Part shown: in pieces, positions 1-12,815 of the stretch
How the letters are laid out: each line of letters opens with the position of its first letter
Position numbering within the stretch: position 1 is the first letter of the stretch
Assembly: GCA_013239625.1 (NCBI GenBank)
Contig: MU054466.1
Coordinates: 2,108,001-2,172,000, forward strand
Source of the DNA: Lama guanicoe
Taxonomy: Eukaryota
Length of the DNA: 64,000 nucleotides
Reading direction: 5' to 3'
Notes under the pieces: model-generated
Seen by the model: only the letters and a program-made list of their open reading frames with translations
Databases searched by the model: none
What the model was told of the DNA's origin: nothing
Program-made: the position numbers and the translations under genes

Positions 1-1160
1 GAGCGGACGTTCTCGCTTTGTTTCTGATCTTAAAGCGTAGTAAGCCTTTCACTGTTAGGTATGATATTAGCTGTGGGTTTTTCAGAGATTCCCTTCTATA
101 ATTAGTTCCCTTCTACTGCTAGTTTGTTTAAAGATTTTATTAGTTTTTTATTAGAAATTGATGTTAAAAGAAAAAGAAATTGATGTTGGCTTTTGTTAAA
201 CTCTGCTGTCTATTGAAGTGATCAGATGCTTTTCCTTTTTCAGTTTGTTTTAAAAACCACTTTAAAACCTTTGTGGATTATATTCATTGATTTTCAGTCT
301 TTAATCTAACATAGGTTAGGTTTAAGTCTATCATCTCACTGTTTTTTTTTCCGCATTTGTTCTTTATTCCCTTTTTGCTTTCTTTTGGATTGAGTTTTTA
401 TTATGATTATTCAGTTTTACCTCCATTCCTGAGTTATTAGCTACACCTCTTGTTTTGTTACTCTGACGGTTGCTTTAGAATTTACAGCGTATGTCTTTAG
501 CTCATTCCAGTCCACCCGCAGGTGACATTAGTCCGCTCTGCACACAGCGTAAGTGCACCTCCACTCCTCCCCTCCTGGCTTCGTGTTATTATTACCGTGC
601 ATTTTACTTATGCACATGTTAGACCTTAAAACGCAATGCTGTTTTTGCTTTAAATAGCCCATTACATTTTAAAGAGATTTAAGTCATAGGAAAAAAGTCG
701 TAAGTTTATCCATCCAGTTACCACTTCTGGTGGCCTTCATTCCTTTGAGTGGGTCCATTTTCCATCTGTGCAATTTTCTTCTGTCTGGAGGCCTCCCTTT
801 AATATTCCTCATAGTGAACACCTACTGGTGATAAGTCAAGCTTTTGCATGTCTGAAAAAGACTTCACGTCAACCGTGTTTTGAAAGATACTTTCGCTGGG
901 TATAGAATGCTACGTTGACATGTTTGCTTCTTCTCTCAGTACTTTAAGGCTGTGGCTCCAGGGTCTTCTGGCTTGCCTGCTTCCAAGTCTGCCATCATGT
1001 CTGCTTCTGGTTCTCTGTACAAAATGTGTCCTTTTTCTGTGGTTGCATCTGAGATGTTCTCTTCATGACTGGTTTTGAGCAATTTGATTTGAGTGAAATG
1101 ATTTGTCATTTTCTTCCTGATCCTTGGCCATGGGTTTGTTGAGCTTCTGGATCTGTGCGT
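1..1160 (-). mobile_element. Old LINE-1 (L1M-type) fragment, internally deleted
   Basis: T-rich block. The reverse complement of 1-30 translates as RSETKRERPL, a decayed form of the L1 ORF2 GTRQGCPL motif. Sequence from about 310 to 1150 resembles the antisense L1M inter-ORF/ORF1 region (ttttgaaagatactttcgctgggtatagaat). Confidence 0.85.
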
Positions 1161-3921
1161 CAGTTAGGCTGCCATAGTCGGGGCAGGAAAACGGGTTGGG
1201 GAAAAGCCCAAAATGTTGATCACAAAGGGTTCACCCAGACCTATGGCTGTTTCTGACTCTAAGGCCAAAGCTACATTGTACCAGCAATGTGGGCTCTGCC
1301 TTCTGGAAAAATCAGCTCCCAAACCGTCAGACTCTGTGGCACAGGGACTGGCAAGGGTCTCTGCTGCCTCCCTTGGCTTTCGGCATGTGTCTAGCATGTT
1401 GACTTCCCCATAAAAGAAGCAGGACATTAAACATTTGAGATGAGATTAGGGGACACCGAAGGAAGAGTCTGTGTGTGCGCATCCGTGTTTGTGCGAAACC
1501 CTAAAAACCCCAAGTCTGTGTTTTCCCCAGAGTATTAATTACAGTCGGAGAGGAGGCTTGCCTGGGCGTGTTCTGCTTGGGCAGAGTAATTTATCATCCA
1601 GTTTCAGGGAGCGGAAGGCGGGTCACGGTGCAGAGAGCAAGACACACATCCCTCTCTCTCTCTCTCAGACTTCGCAGCTGCCCCACCTGCTCCGGGGCGG
1701 ACGGCTTTGCCCAAGGCATGTGCTGGAGGGAGCCCGGAGAGCTTGCAGGCAGCGGCCGGGGAGACAAGGGAGATACTGAGACACGATCCACATAAGAGAG
1801 ACCCATCGTGGGAAAGGCCTGTGTGGGTGGCTTGGGAAGAGAAACTGTCCAGTCTCTCTGGGACACCTGCCTCTGATGGGGGGACGGGCAGAAAGACAGG
1901 GGCGCCAGCCAGCCTGGCTGCCCGCACCGGGTTTCTTCTGCTCCTTTCATCCAGGCTGAGCGAAGGGCCTGGGGTCTCTGGGATTCATGGGGGAGATTCA
2001 CAGAGAAGACGTGTTCTATTCCTGTCGGTGGCTGGAAAGCAGGGTCACATATCTGCTCACCACTTAGCAAAGCAGAAGTCCCTTGCTGTGTGACAGTCCC
2101 AATTCAGGACCTCCCTGGCCTTGGTGAGGTGACGAGAAAGGCAAAACCAACACAAGGGACCCAGCCATCCTCCCTCTGCCTCTGGGTCCCTCCGCCCTCG
2201 CCTGAGCACGAGGGGCACCCTCTGTGTCCCTTGCACTGCTCAGGGTCTCTCTGGGCACTTTGTTTTTGTCCTTTCAACCATCACCCTCGCACTCCTGCCT
2301 CCTGGGGCTGCATGTGGACGCCAGACACCTGAGCCTGGAGGGACCACACACTCGCTTTAGGCAACAAGTGTTTTTCTGAAAAGTTATAAGTTGTATAATA
2401 ATGAACACTGTCCCCAAGTCACCCCTCCTTGCCGTCCTCCCCATCGCACCCGGGCCCGCAGGCAGTGAGCGGGGCCCTTGCTTCTGCACGGAGTCCTTCT
2501 GGGAAGGGAGACGCCCCGGGTGGCACCAGCGATCTCGTCCGTGCCGGTGCCGTGAGCGCCTCCTGTGTGCCGGGCACTGAGCCTGGCGCTCGGGACACCG
2601 CACAGGACCAGCCAGACCGATGCCCGAGCGAATAGTCACCCTTCCTGGGGGCGGGGGGCCCTCCCGCCCGTCAGTGGGAACAAAGGGAAAACCACTCGGA
2701 GGCCGAGGCCCGACGCGCCTCCCGGGACGTGCTTTCACAGCTGCTCGGCTCAGCCTTCAGTCTCTTGGGGCTTCTGTTCTTCCTCCGCTGGAATTAGCTT
2801 TCCAAGGCTCGGCACGCAAAGCGGGGGTCTCGGCCAAACCAGGCTCCTCGGGTGGCTGTCCAGCCTGCTGACTCTGGTACCTGCAGATGAGTCAGAGGGA
2901 AGGAGGGGAGGACAGGAGGTTCAGGAATGAGGGTGGAGCAGAGCGAGGCAGGGTCAGAGGAGCGTCTATAGCTGCTTCTGCCCAGGCCAGGCCGCGAGGT
3001 CACTGCCCAGAGGGCTGAGGGTCCCCAAGGCCGGCCGGGCCCCGGAGCCTCTCAGACAGCTTGCCAAGTTGGGGTGTATCCTTCTCCAGTTTGGAGGAGG
3101 GTGAATTCACTTGCCTCCCCGCCCCCACCTCCTCACCTGCTTCTCTTCTCGTGTGTACAGGGAGGGGCCTTTGTGCGCGTGTGTGCATACAGGCAGCTGT
3201 ATGTGCGGGCTCCTGCACTTTCCACGAGTGTGTGCTCAGGCGTGGATTTTTCCAGAAGACACCCAAGAGCTGAATTCGACACAGGCCCTGCTGGTGCAAC
3301 GTGGCCATCTGAGCCAGTCTTTCTAGAGCAGATGATGGAGTGGCCACCCCAGAGCACAGAGGCCTGGAGACATGCGACTTATTCAGGGAGGTTGCTGGCG
3401 GTGTTTGCAGGTCCCCAGGGGTTAGAGAGGCACCCGAGAAAAGGTGAGCAGCCAAAATGCTCAGAGGGCAGACCTCCCACCCCCCGCCCCAGAGATGCAA
3501 CGTGAAGTTCACTGGAGCCCCAAACCCTCCAGACCTGAGCACATTGGACCCTTGGGACCCAGACCATGGAAGAAACTGCTTCTTTCTCTCCATAAAGAGG
3601 TGCCCCCATCCCACCCTCCCTAAAAGGCAGCCCAGCCACGCTCTGCAGCCTTCAAGTTCTCTGTTCAGTCCCCCGGCCAGATGCACAGGCATCTGCTGTG
3701 TGCCCAGCACCACACTGTCTGTCCTGGCTACAACAGGCATGGCCGAGGCCCTAACCTCTAGGAGCTGCCTGTCTCCCGGGGTGGGGATGGCAAGTCCAGG
3801 TGTAAGGGCAAGGCCACGTGAGCGAGCTGGATGCCATGGAAAGTAAGGACGAGGCTCAAGGCCATCTGTGGTGACGCTGTGGTCCCTGTAAGCTTTCTGA
3901 GCCCAAAGCCTGGCTCCACGG

Positions 3922-4049
3922 GGCTCTCTAGACACACCCAGACGAAATGCCACCAGGTGCCAGCCCTGAGCACTGTGTCGATAGGCTCTCTAGACACACC
4001 CAGACGAAATGCCACCAGGTGCCAGCCCTGAGCACTGTGTCGATAGGCT
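3922..4049. repeat. Perfect 62-bp tandem duplication plus 4 bp (GGCT) of a third unit
   Basis: ggctctctagacacacccagacgaaatgccaccaggtgccagccctgagcactgtgtcgata occurs at 3922-3983 and 3984-4045, followed by ggct at 4046-4049. Confidence 0.97.
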
Positions 4050-4259
4050 TATCGCCTAGGCAAGGACCTGGAGAAGGATGCTAGGGAGCTGGGGTGGGCG
4101 TGGGGCCTTTCAAAAAGCACAGAGCACCGGACCCTTCCTCAGACCACAAGGAGGCGAGGAGACCCACGTCCACTCTGATGTCCTTTTTCTCTGCCACTCA
4201 TCCCCTAGTGGTACGAGGGCACAGGCCTTTGGTGCCTCTCATTTGATTACTGACCATTT

Positions 4260-4430
4260 GACCAGTCTCATCCAATCACTGAAACAGCCTAGGAGCAGGG
4301 CTGGCATTCTCACCCCAGTTAGAAATGAGGAGACGGAGGCTCAGAGCACAGTTCTGATCGGCAGGGTCAGGTCTGCAGGCTCTCGGGCCCACGGAGCCTC
4401 CGGCCAGGCTCACTCCCTGGCACAGGCCAG
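4260..4430 (-). mobile_element. MIR SINE
   Basis: ccccagttagaaatgaggagacggaggctcagag matches the antisense MIR core (cccattttacagatgaggaaactgaggcacagag). Confidence 0.7.
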
Positions 4431-5849
4431 CTCATAAGTGCTTGCTCCCCCAGAGGGCCGTGGAGCTCATTAGACCGGCTAGAAAGCAGACAGCGGGGTC
4501 CTGGGGCATCAGGCCTTCTCTGAACACCTCCTCTTCCATCCTCCAGCGTTTGTGGCTTGCGAAGGGTTTGTAACAGTTATGGAGTGTTCAACAGGAGCAC
4601 ACACACCCCTCTGAGCCTCCTTCCTGCCCCTCTGTCCTTCTTTGAACCCACCAGCATCCTTGCCAACCCCAGATGTTCAGAGTCTGACAGCACTGCCTCT
4701 GCCCTGGTGCCTCCTTTGGGCTCATCCAGCCCAGGATCCAGGGTACCCAGCCCGAGGCTCCCAGCCACCGAGACCCACCTCCTCTTTCTCCATCCAGCTC
4801 TCCTCCCAACTCAGCCAGGTCCCTTTGGGGGTGGGGGTGATGGCACATGTATGGGGTGGTCCCCACTGAGGCCAATCACGAACCTCCCTGTGCCCCCTAC
4901 CCTCCCACAGCTGGCCTTAACGGGGTGGGAGGGGCTCCTTCTGACATGAGCAGGCCAAAAGCCACCATCCGGGCAAGGGAAGGGCTGGGCCGATCAGAGG
5001 TGGTCCCCGTCCTCTCCCAGCCTGAAAACACCAGCCCAGGCCCAATGGTGACAAGAGGCTCGCCACCTACTATCACTCCCAGTGCGTAGGATCGCCATCA
5101 CCATATCCAGGCTCTGGGACTCAGTTTCCCCACTTAAGAAACCTTAAGAACCACAGAAAGAACAGCTTTCTTTGTTTCTTTCTTTTGTCCCTTCAAAGGG
5201 TAGTGGCCTGGGTGGTCTGGCCTTAAGGCCGAGAGGCGGATGGACCTCCCGCCTGGCCGGGGGCCTGGGTCCCTACGTGGCCTGTGGCCCATGGGCCATA
5301 CTGGCCTGAGGCGATGGTCAGGGAGGCTGGCCAGCTGAGCAGGAGTCCAGAAGGCTGGACCCCTGCAGGGCTATGAGTCTGGGGCGGCACCCCCAGCAGC
5401 GCAGGAGGTTATGGGGGAGGGCAGCCTGGAGAAAGCTGAGGCAGGACAGATGTGGAACAAACGTGGGGTCCCCAGCACCCTCACCCTCTCACTGCCCCCG
5501 AGCACTGCATTCAACTTCTGGCCTGGCTACTGCCTCGCCTCATCTCTGCTTGGCCTCAGTCCAGCGCCCAGAGCCAGCCGCTCCACACCTCTGCGGCGGG
5601 AGCGGCTGCTCCTCCCTCCCTGCCCCCTCCCAGACTTGGGGCTGGGGTCTCGGGGGCAGGTCTCGCCTTGGTTCCTACCGACTTTCATCTTCCCACCGCT
5701 GAAGCCAAGAGAGACCTTTTGAGAAAACAGTGGTCCTTTTCTCCCACTCTCTCTGTTTTCCTAACCTCAGAGAGGGTCTCCTTCCCCATTCAGCACCCGT
5801 GAGATCTCTTAGGCTGGCAGGGTTTGCCTCCCCCACCCCCACACGGTGG

Positions 5850-6330
5850 GCGCCTCCCCGGGGCCCCGCGTGGGAGTGCCAGGCGTCAGGGTGGGGAGCT
5901 CAGCTCCCAGCAGAGAGCCGGGCGGCGCAGTGACCGGACTGGGCAGGCCGGGCAGGACCCCAGCAGATGGGTGAGTTCAGAGCAGGCGCTGAGCTGAACA
6001 ACCCGGGAAGTAAACGGAGAGACACGGAGGAGGGAGGGAGAGAGCTGGGCGGCAGCAGGAGCCAGAGGGAGGCAGAGAGGAGAGCGGCACTTCCTAAGAG
6101 GGCTGCAGGTGTCAGCTACACTGAGCACCCACCCGGGACCGCAGCCCCCACCCCCAACAGGACCGCAGCCCCACCCCCAACCTCCGCCGCCGCTGCCCCC
6201 CCAGCCTCCTCCCCGAGCTACGTGGAGCCGCGGTTCCGAAATGATGATGTATTTTTGGGTATGTACCAAGCGTGGACTGCCGAGTTGCTTTTTCAGCTCC
6301 GGGCAGATCTGGGGTTGAAGTGCTGAGACA
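5850..6330 (+). promoter_or_regulatory. CpG-enriched candidate enhancer or minor promoter with a consensus splice donor
   Basis: Local CpG cluster, TGG|GTGAGT donor (GT at 5971), ETS/FOX-like GGAAGTAAAC near 6006, ACTTCCT near 6089 and a duplicated ggaccgcagcccc(c)acccccaac unit at 6136-6181. Confidence 0.35.
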
Positions 6331-8929
6331 GAGCATGCCCACCTGGCCCCCGAAAGTGTCCCCTCAAGCCTGTCCCCAACTGGCACCAGCATTCCCCCAG
6401 GGCCCAGCCAGCACGGAGCTGGGGTCAGTGTCCCCAGACAGGAAGTGCTGCCTGCCTGTGCGGCCAGACCCCTCGCAGTGGCCTCCGTGGAGCTGGGTGG
6501 AGGCTTGGGAATGCCCTGCATGAGGTGTGCTCTCCTCCAGGCCCATCTCCCCCCGCCTGGCTTTGGGGAAGACCTGGTGAAAACTTCAGGTGGCTCCCAA
6601 GATCGAGTGCACACCCCCCAGGCCTCCGTCTCGTCTGCTCCCTCCTCCCTGCCCAGCTCTCTGAGCTACAGAATCAGCTGGGGAAACGACCTGGGAGAGA
6701 CCAGGAGGGACAGTAAGTCTGAGCCTGAGCCAACACCCCAAGAGCTCTGAGCCCCAAAACCCCGGAACCTCACAGGGGCCCTGGGGAGAGGAAGAGCCCC
6801 ACCAAAGACCCCCTCCCTCCTCCCTGGCTAGCCCTGCACCTCTCGGCAGAGAAAGTGACAGTGGCAGTGGCCAGAGTGGGGGTCTCAGCCAGACCTGGGG
6901 AAGGGGCATGCGGAGGCCGAGGCAGGCAGGGCCCCCACCGCGGGGTGCGGTGACTAGTGGTTCTTGTTAACTCTGGCTGAACTGGGAGAAGGAAAGCCTG
7001 GCGTGTGTGGGTGTGTGTCCATGTGTGTGAGTGTGTGTGAACAAGCGTGAGCATGGGTCTCCGTGATCACAGGCCTCTGGGCTCCCATGGAGCTGGTTGA
7101 GAAATCTGTGTGAATTCTGTGCACTCCTCGTCGGGGAGGGCTCTTCCCTGGGGCCCAGCCAGCGGCCCCAGCATCTCCCAGGCCGTGGGCTTCCTCACCT
7201 GGAGGTGCTTCTCCCAGGCTGTGGTCCCAGGCCCAGCCACAGCTGGCCCCGCAGCCGGCCCCGCAGCATCCTCCTCCAGGGGAAGCTCCCTGGGGCCCTG
7301 AGGCCTCACTGGGAGGGGCCGATCTGGGAGCAGGAGCCTGTGGGGCATCTGGGTTGCTGGACAGTGGGCCTGACAGGGAGTCAGCAGGAGAGGCCAGGGC
7401 AGCCACAGAGAAGGACCAGTGGTCACTGGGAGTCAGGGCGGCTGTGGTCAGCCCCACGGCTGTGGTCACAAGCTGAGCTCCACTGAGCCCTGCGGCCCCA
7501 TTCCCACCCAGAGCAGAATTAGGGCCAGCATGTGCCCAGATGCTCCAGGCCTCCATCCTTTACACAGGCCGTGAGCTCTGCCAGGAACGCCCCAGCTGCC
7601 CAACCCTTTGTGTGCTCAGCAGATTCCCCCTTGTTCAAGGCCAGCCCGAGGGGACAATGCCCCAGAGACACTGTCCCTGAACCCTCAGGCAGAACGGACT
7701 CCTCTCTGTATCTTGGCTCCTGGTGGCACCAGCCTTGCATTCCTGAGCTGGCCCCTGGTCCCTCCCGTGTGTGGCCTGGGAGTCCCTTCAGAGCCCGGTG
7801 GGGCTTGTCCTGGTCTGGGCCTGGTGACCAGGAGATACTCCCGGGTGACTGGCTGGATGCAGAGGAGAGGCCCACCCAGGCGCTCTGCCTCTCACCAGGT
7901 GGAGGCTCCTTTGAGGGTCTTGTCTCCCAGGGCCCCCCCCTCCAGGGCTCTGTGCTCGTCCACCCTGCCAGCCAGGCTTGGGGGACGTGCTGGAGTGTCC
8001 CCTCCTGAACTGCTGAGGCTATTTTAGGACAGGGCTGGAACCTGATCGGGAGCGCCTCCCCCTCTCATCTTCCCTGGCTGGGCTCCACCTCCAGGCGAGG
8101 ATTCACTGCTAGGGGGTCCTCTCCCAGACCTCCCTCCCAGAGCCATGTCAGCACCCCAGTTTGCAAGATGGCACTCGAAGTGCAAACTCCCACGTCAGCA
8201 CCCCTGCCTGGGCCCCCTCCGGAGCCCCACCTGGCACCCACGCTTTCCCGCCGTCTCCCTGACGTCCTCCCGCCGTCCCATGCCCTCAGACTCAGGGCAC
8301 TGAAGCTGCTCATTTCTCTTCTGACCAGCTTTCCCCTTCTTTTTCCTGTGGATCACGGGAGGGTCCTCCCACCTACCTGAGCTCTCAGTCGCCCCTAACT
8401 TGCCAACCCCAGCTTCCCAGCCCAGGCCAGGCCCTGCGGGTTCTCCCTCTGCCAATTCTCTCCATCCACCCCTCCCCCAGGCCCCAGGCCCCCAGGCCCA
8501 GCCCTCAGTGCCACCTGCCCAGGTCACGCCCAGCTTTCTTTCTTAGCCTGGAGCACAGAGTTCCTTACATCTGGCCTGCTTGGCCCTGTGGTCTAGGGAG
8601 CATCTGCTGAGTCCCCTCTCCCTCAGGCTTGTTCCTCTGAAAACACCCTCCCTCCCATCTCACCACCCTCCCAGCTGGCTCCTGCCTTCCCTTCAGGGTG
8701 AGGCTGTGGGCAGGGGGACACGGAGGGCTGCAGCATGTGGAGTGAGAAGCAGCTTAGAAGTCACCGTCTCCAGGAAGCCCTCCCTGACCACCCCACAGCA
8801 GGTTGTTGTCCCCTGCGCTGCACCCCCATGTGCTCATCTGCAGGCACTGCCATCACCCATTTACTCTGCCACCTCCCCTCACCAGCAGCTCCCTCCAGGG
8901 CCCTGACCAGGTCTTGCTCAGCTCTTGCT

Positions 8930-9000
8930 TCTGGTTCCTGTACCATGACTGCCACTTGCCCAGGACTCCAGGAACCTGTGTGCTGGAATGAATGAATGAG
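8930..9000 (+). mobile_element. L2 3-prime end fragment
   Basis: Ends in the (gaat)n tail typical of L2 (ggaatgaatgaatgag). Confidence 0.45.
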
Positions 9001-10084
9001 TGCATTCCAAGAGGCAGAGTGGGGCCTGATCAGGGGGTGTCCTCTGAAGCAGAAGTTCCGTAGGGCTCCCCACTCCTCTCCAGCCTTGACCTAACTGACC
9101 ACGTGTCTTCCCATGCCCTGGACACAACTGTTCAAGGAGGCATTGGATGAGTCATTGCTTCCATTTTAAAGTGGACGAAATTGGGGCCCATGGTCCCCAT
9201 TCTCATTGTGAAGGGGGGCGGTGGTAGGCCAAAGGGGCCAAGGGGCCCATCCATGGCGAGGCAGGGGTTGGGCGCAGAAGAGACTGCTGTCCCTGGCCCC
9301 TCCAGCCGGGCCTTGGGGGTTCCCCTTGGTGGTCAGGTGTGGAAGTTCACCCTTGCTTCATGAGAGAGCCCCCCACGCCGCCTGCTCTGGGCCTCGGCCT
9401 GTGTTGTTGGTCGCCAGGGTCCACAGTGCTTTCTTCCTCACCTCCCTGCAGGATGTGTGGGTGCCACTGGGCAAGGAGGATGCTCGGGCTGGAAGGCTGT
9501 GCCCCAGCATCCCGCAGCTGCCCGTGGCAGAGCCAGGACTGGAACCAGCTGTTGCTCTGGCCCTCAGACGCTTTCCTGCGCCTGCCGCCTCGGGGTGTGT
9601 GCTCACGCTAGGTCTCCCCACCCACCTCTGCCCAGCCCAGGTCTGACATCCAGCCCCGTGCATCCCCCTCCTGGGCTTCCCTGAGCCCTGCCATCCAGCC
9701 TTTCTCATGCGCGGCACCCCCAGACTGGGAAACCCGTGTGGACAGGTGTGTCTGAGCTATGTTCTAGCTGTGCCCTGAAAAGGGAGCATGTTGGCAAACA
9801 CTTGTGGGATGGACAGAGGAAGGAGGGAGGCCGTTGGGGGCGGCTTGTTTTTTGGGTAGCAGAACACGAACTTGTGTCTGAGCATGAGCAGGGGTGCTCA
9901 GAGAGCCACCTGCTGCGTAGGTCTCAGGCTTAGGGCCAGAGGCGCAGCGTGACTCCTGGGTGGATGAGCCGTTTGCTCCTGTTCAGGAAGAGGACGGCCA
10001 GGGAGCAGGGGACGGACTGGGGACAGGCTCACGTCACCTCCGCCCCAGGCCTGCAGTCTCCGGTGGGTGGAGAGGCTGGTGGGC

Positions 10085-10300
10085 GGCTTCCTAATTGACT
10101 GGCAACAGGCAGAGATGCCAAAGCAGGAACGTCTCCAAATTAGCCGTAATTGCAGGAGAAATAAAGAGCAAACAGGGCGAGCTGAATGAGGTTTTCTATA
10201 AATATTACGTTTTTTAAAGTTTGCCCTGGAGTAATAGAAGCTGTTTAAACGCTAATATCCTGTCTGTGCATTTAAAGAGCCTTATAACGAGGATTTAGTG
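10085..10300. promoter_or_regulatory. Candidate conserved non-coding element (enhancer)
   Basis: Non-repetitive AT-rich island in GC-rich DNA containing CTAATTG, AAATTAG, GTAATTG, GCAAACA and TATAAA (10197-10202). Confidence 0.55.
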
Positions 10301-12679
10301 CCTTCTTTTCCTAAGGCCTGAAATCTGGGTGCCCCTGGGTTTCCGGCCTCCTCTCTCCTCGGTGTCTCGGGATGGGCAGCCCCCAAGGGGCAGAAAACCC
10401 ACCCTCAGCTGGACCGGACCCAGCCTCCCGGCCTGAGCTCCCACCCTCTCCCCAGGCAGATGACACGGCCACTCCTGCACCCTCTGCGTGGCCTTCCAGG
10501 ACCTCGATGACCCCTTAGCCCGCTCCCTGCTCCCACGTAGCTTCTCCTTCCTCACTCCTTTCTTACCTTCCCACCCGCCAGGGCCGGCAGCAGCAGTCTC
10601 TTCGTCTGAATCACTTTCGAGATGCTGACATCTTGGGCCCACTTTGTCAAGGCCAAGAGCCCCAGGGTCAGCTGAACCCGCAGGCTGGCCTCTGTCCCCA
10701 GCCAGCGGGAGAGCTGGTCTGGCTGACGAGGGACCGGGCTCCTGGATGAGGCACCTGCACTGCAGGACAGTGTCTGCTTTTACTAAAAAGTGTTGGGCAA
10801 AGCGTTCATTCATGTGCGGAGCTGTTCGGTGGTGGTGAGAACGTTGTAGGAGGCGCCCCAGGCACACCCTGCACCTGACGGAGAGGCGACTTTGTCAGGG
10901 GCCTAAAACCCACCGTATGAAAAACGCTGGTACCCGGGGAGCCCCGTCTTGAGCCATCAGAGGTGAACGTCCAGCTCCACCTGATCCTGTGTGTCTGAGC
11001 ACCTGCCGTTCTGGGGCCGAGTAGGGCCGCATGGGCGGGTTCTGGGCCTTCACTCTCCGTGGAGGGTCTTCAGGACCCTCGTCCACCCAGCAGCCTTCCA
11101 GAAATAGAAACAGGTCTGGTCTGTAGTGGTATTTTGTGTGCTCACGCAGACAGCTCATGTCATGGTAACTTCCTCCACGGGCATCGCCAGGTGCAGAAGG
11201 GCTGGAGATCCGCCCCAGCTTGTACGTGCGGGGTGCCCGGCTACAGAGTCAGGGCTTTGAGTCCTGCAGCTTTCCATCCCTGGGGCACGAATGTTCCAGT
11301 CGTCTCCAGTGGGGCAAAGACAGGAGGAGAGGTCTTACCCACGGTCCATCAGCACCTGTTGGCCACACCCAGCCGATACCATCTCCTGGGTGTGAGGGGG
11401 TCTGGTGGCCAGCAGTCCCTCTGAGGTGTCAGAGCATCCCGAGCAGAAGGACTCGGGACCCTCACGAAATAGGGGCTTGAATAAATCACGGAGGGAGAGG
11501 AGCGGGCGCCTCTGAGCGGGGTCGACCCTGACCACACGGGCATGCCTGGCTGGCCGCAGGCTGGCCCTTGGCTTTCAGCGTCATTTCCTGACCAGTTTGG
11601 CAATTGCTAGACAAGGGGCCCTGGTCGGAGCTGCAGAAGAAACTTGGGAATTGGCACAGCTCAGGAAAGGCCTGGACTGACAGATGAGGACAGAAGCGCC
11701 GGCGTTGTTGGGCGAGTCCTGTGGGGCCCGAACGGTGAGCCGGCTCCCACCCCCTCCTCTCCCCGCGCTGCTGGAGCACGGGGCGGGAGACGACCCCAAC
11801 TCCCCCACCTCCCCCCAGCCCCGATCTGGCACAAGAGAAGCAGGGAATCTCCTCCCTTCTCTGTTACTTCTGGCTAGAGTGCAGCTGGGTGACATCCGTG
11901 TCCAGGTTCCTGGAAAGTGGCAGGAGCCTGGAGGTAGGGCCCTGCTCTTGTTTCTGGCCTGTCGTATGCTCACTCTTGACACCCCCAACTAAACAACTCG
12001 AAACGCGGGGGCTGTCGGGGACATCTGAGATTCCAAACGAGCAGGAAGGCAAGGAGCGGGATTCTGGCCAAAGCTCCGCGGGGCTGGGAAGGAAGCGGCG
12101 TCGCGACCTTTTTGTGAAAGAAGCAAGTTGCTCTGAAGTCTAATCCTTGGAGCTAGAGAGGTGGGAGGGGGAGCTGGGGACAGAGAGTAGAAGGGAGCCT
12201 CAGGGGGTGCAGGAAACAAGACGTGACCTCCAGAAGCAGGGTGACAAAGACAGGGGTCGCAGAGGAAGGAGACACTGGAACAGAAACCAGCCTGCAGGAG
12301 AGGGCAGGGAGCAGGCAGGCATCCTGGAGGCATGGGCCCCGCTGCTAGGGGCTGAATGGAGGGAGAGGACGGATGATGCGAGAGAGGCCTGCTCCAGCCT
12401 TGGAGAACTAGGGTGGCAAGGGACGTCTTCTCGGAGAAAGGGGGACCCGGGCCCTGGCCCTCCACCCTGGGACACTTCTCTGCTGTCACATCCCTGGTGC
12501 GGCCCCAGATCCTGAGGTGGAACCGTGCCCTCTGGTGTTTGTGCGTTCTCCAACACAGCAGGACTCAGGAAGGGGAGGATGCTGGCTGGTTGTCCCCAAA
12601 GGGCCCAGGGGACCAGCGCTCGAGGGGGCTTTGCATGTCCAGGCCTCCCGGGCCCAGCCAGGGAGCTCCCTGAGGGCAG

Positions 12680-12815
12680 AGCCTCAGCTGTCCGGGGTCC
12701 CTGTGCCCAGCTGTGAGTCTAGGGTAATGTGGGTGCCCTACATGGGTGCTGAGCAAGGGAGTGAGTGAGGTCAGAGCTTAGCAGAGCGCCAGGCAAGCAC
12801 TGTGCAGTGCTTCAA
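12680..12815 (+). mobile_element. Degenerate MIR
   Basis: Weak match to the MIR 3-prime half (cttagcagagcgccaggcaagcactgtgcagtgcttcaa). Confidence 0.4.

Noticed and set aside
3922-4049. Direct repeat considered as a CRISPR-like array or mobile-element terminus
   Set aside because: Only two adjacent copies with no spacers, in eukaryotic context; it is a simple tandem duplication.
6241-6326. C/D-box snoRNA-like spacing: ATGATGA at 6241 and CTGA at 6323
   Set aside because: There is no terminal stem, no clear internal C-prime/D-prime pair, no rRNA-complementary guide that I could recognise and no evident host intron.
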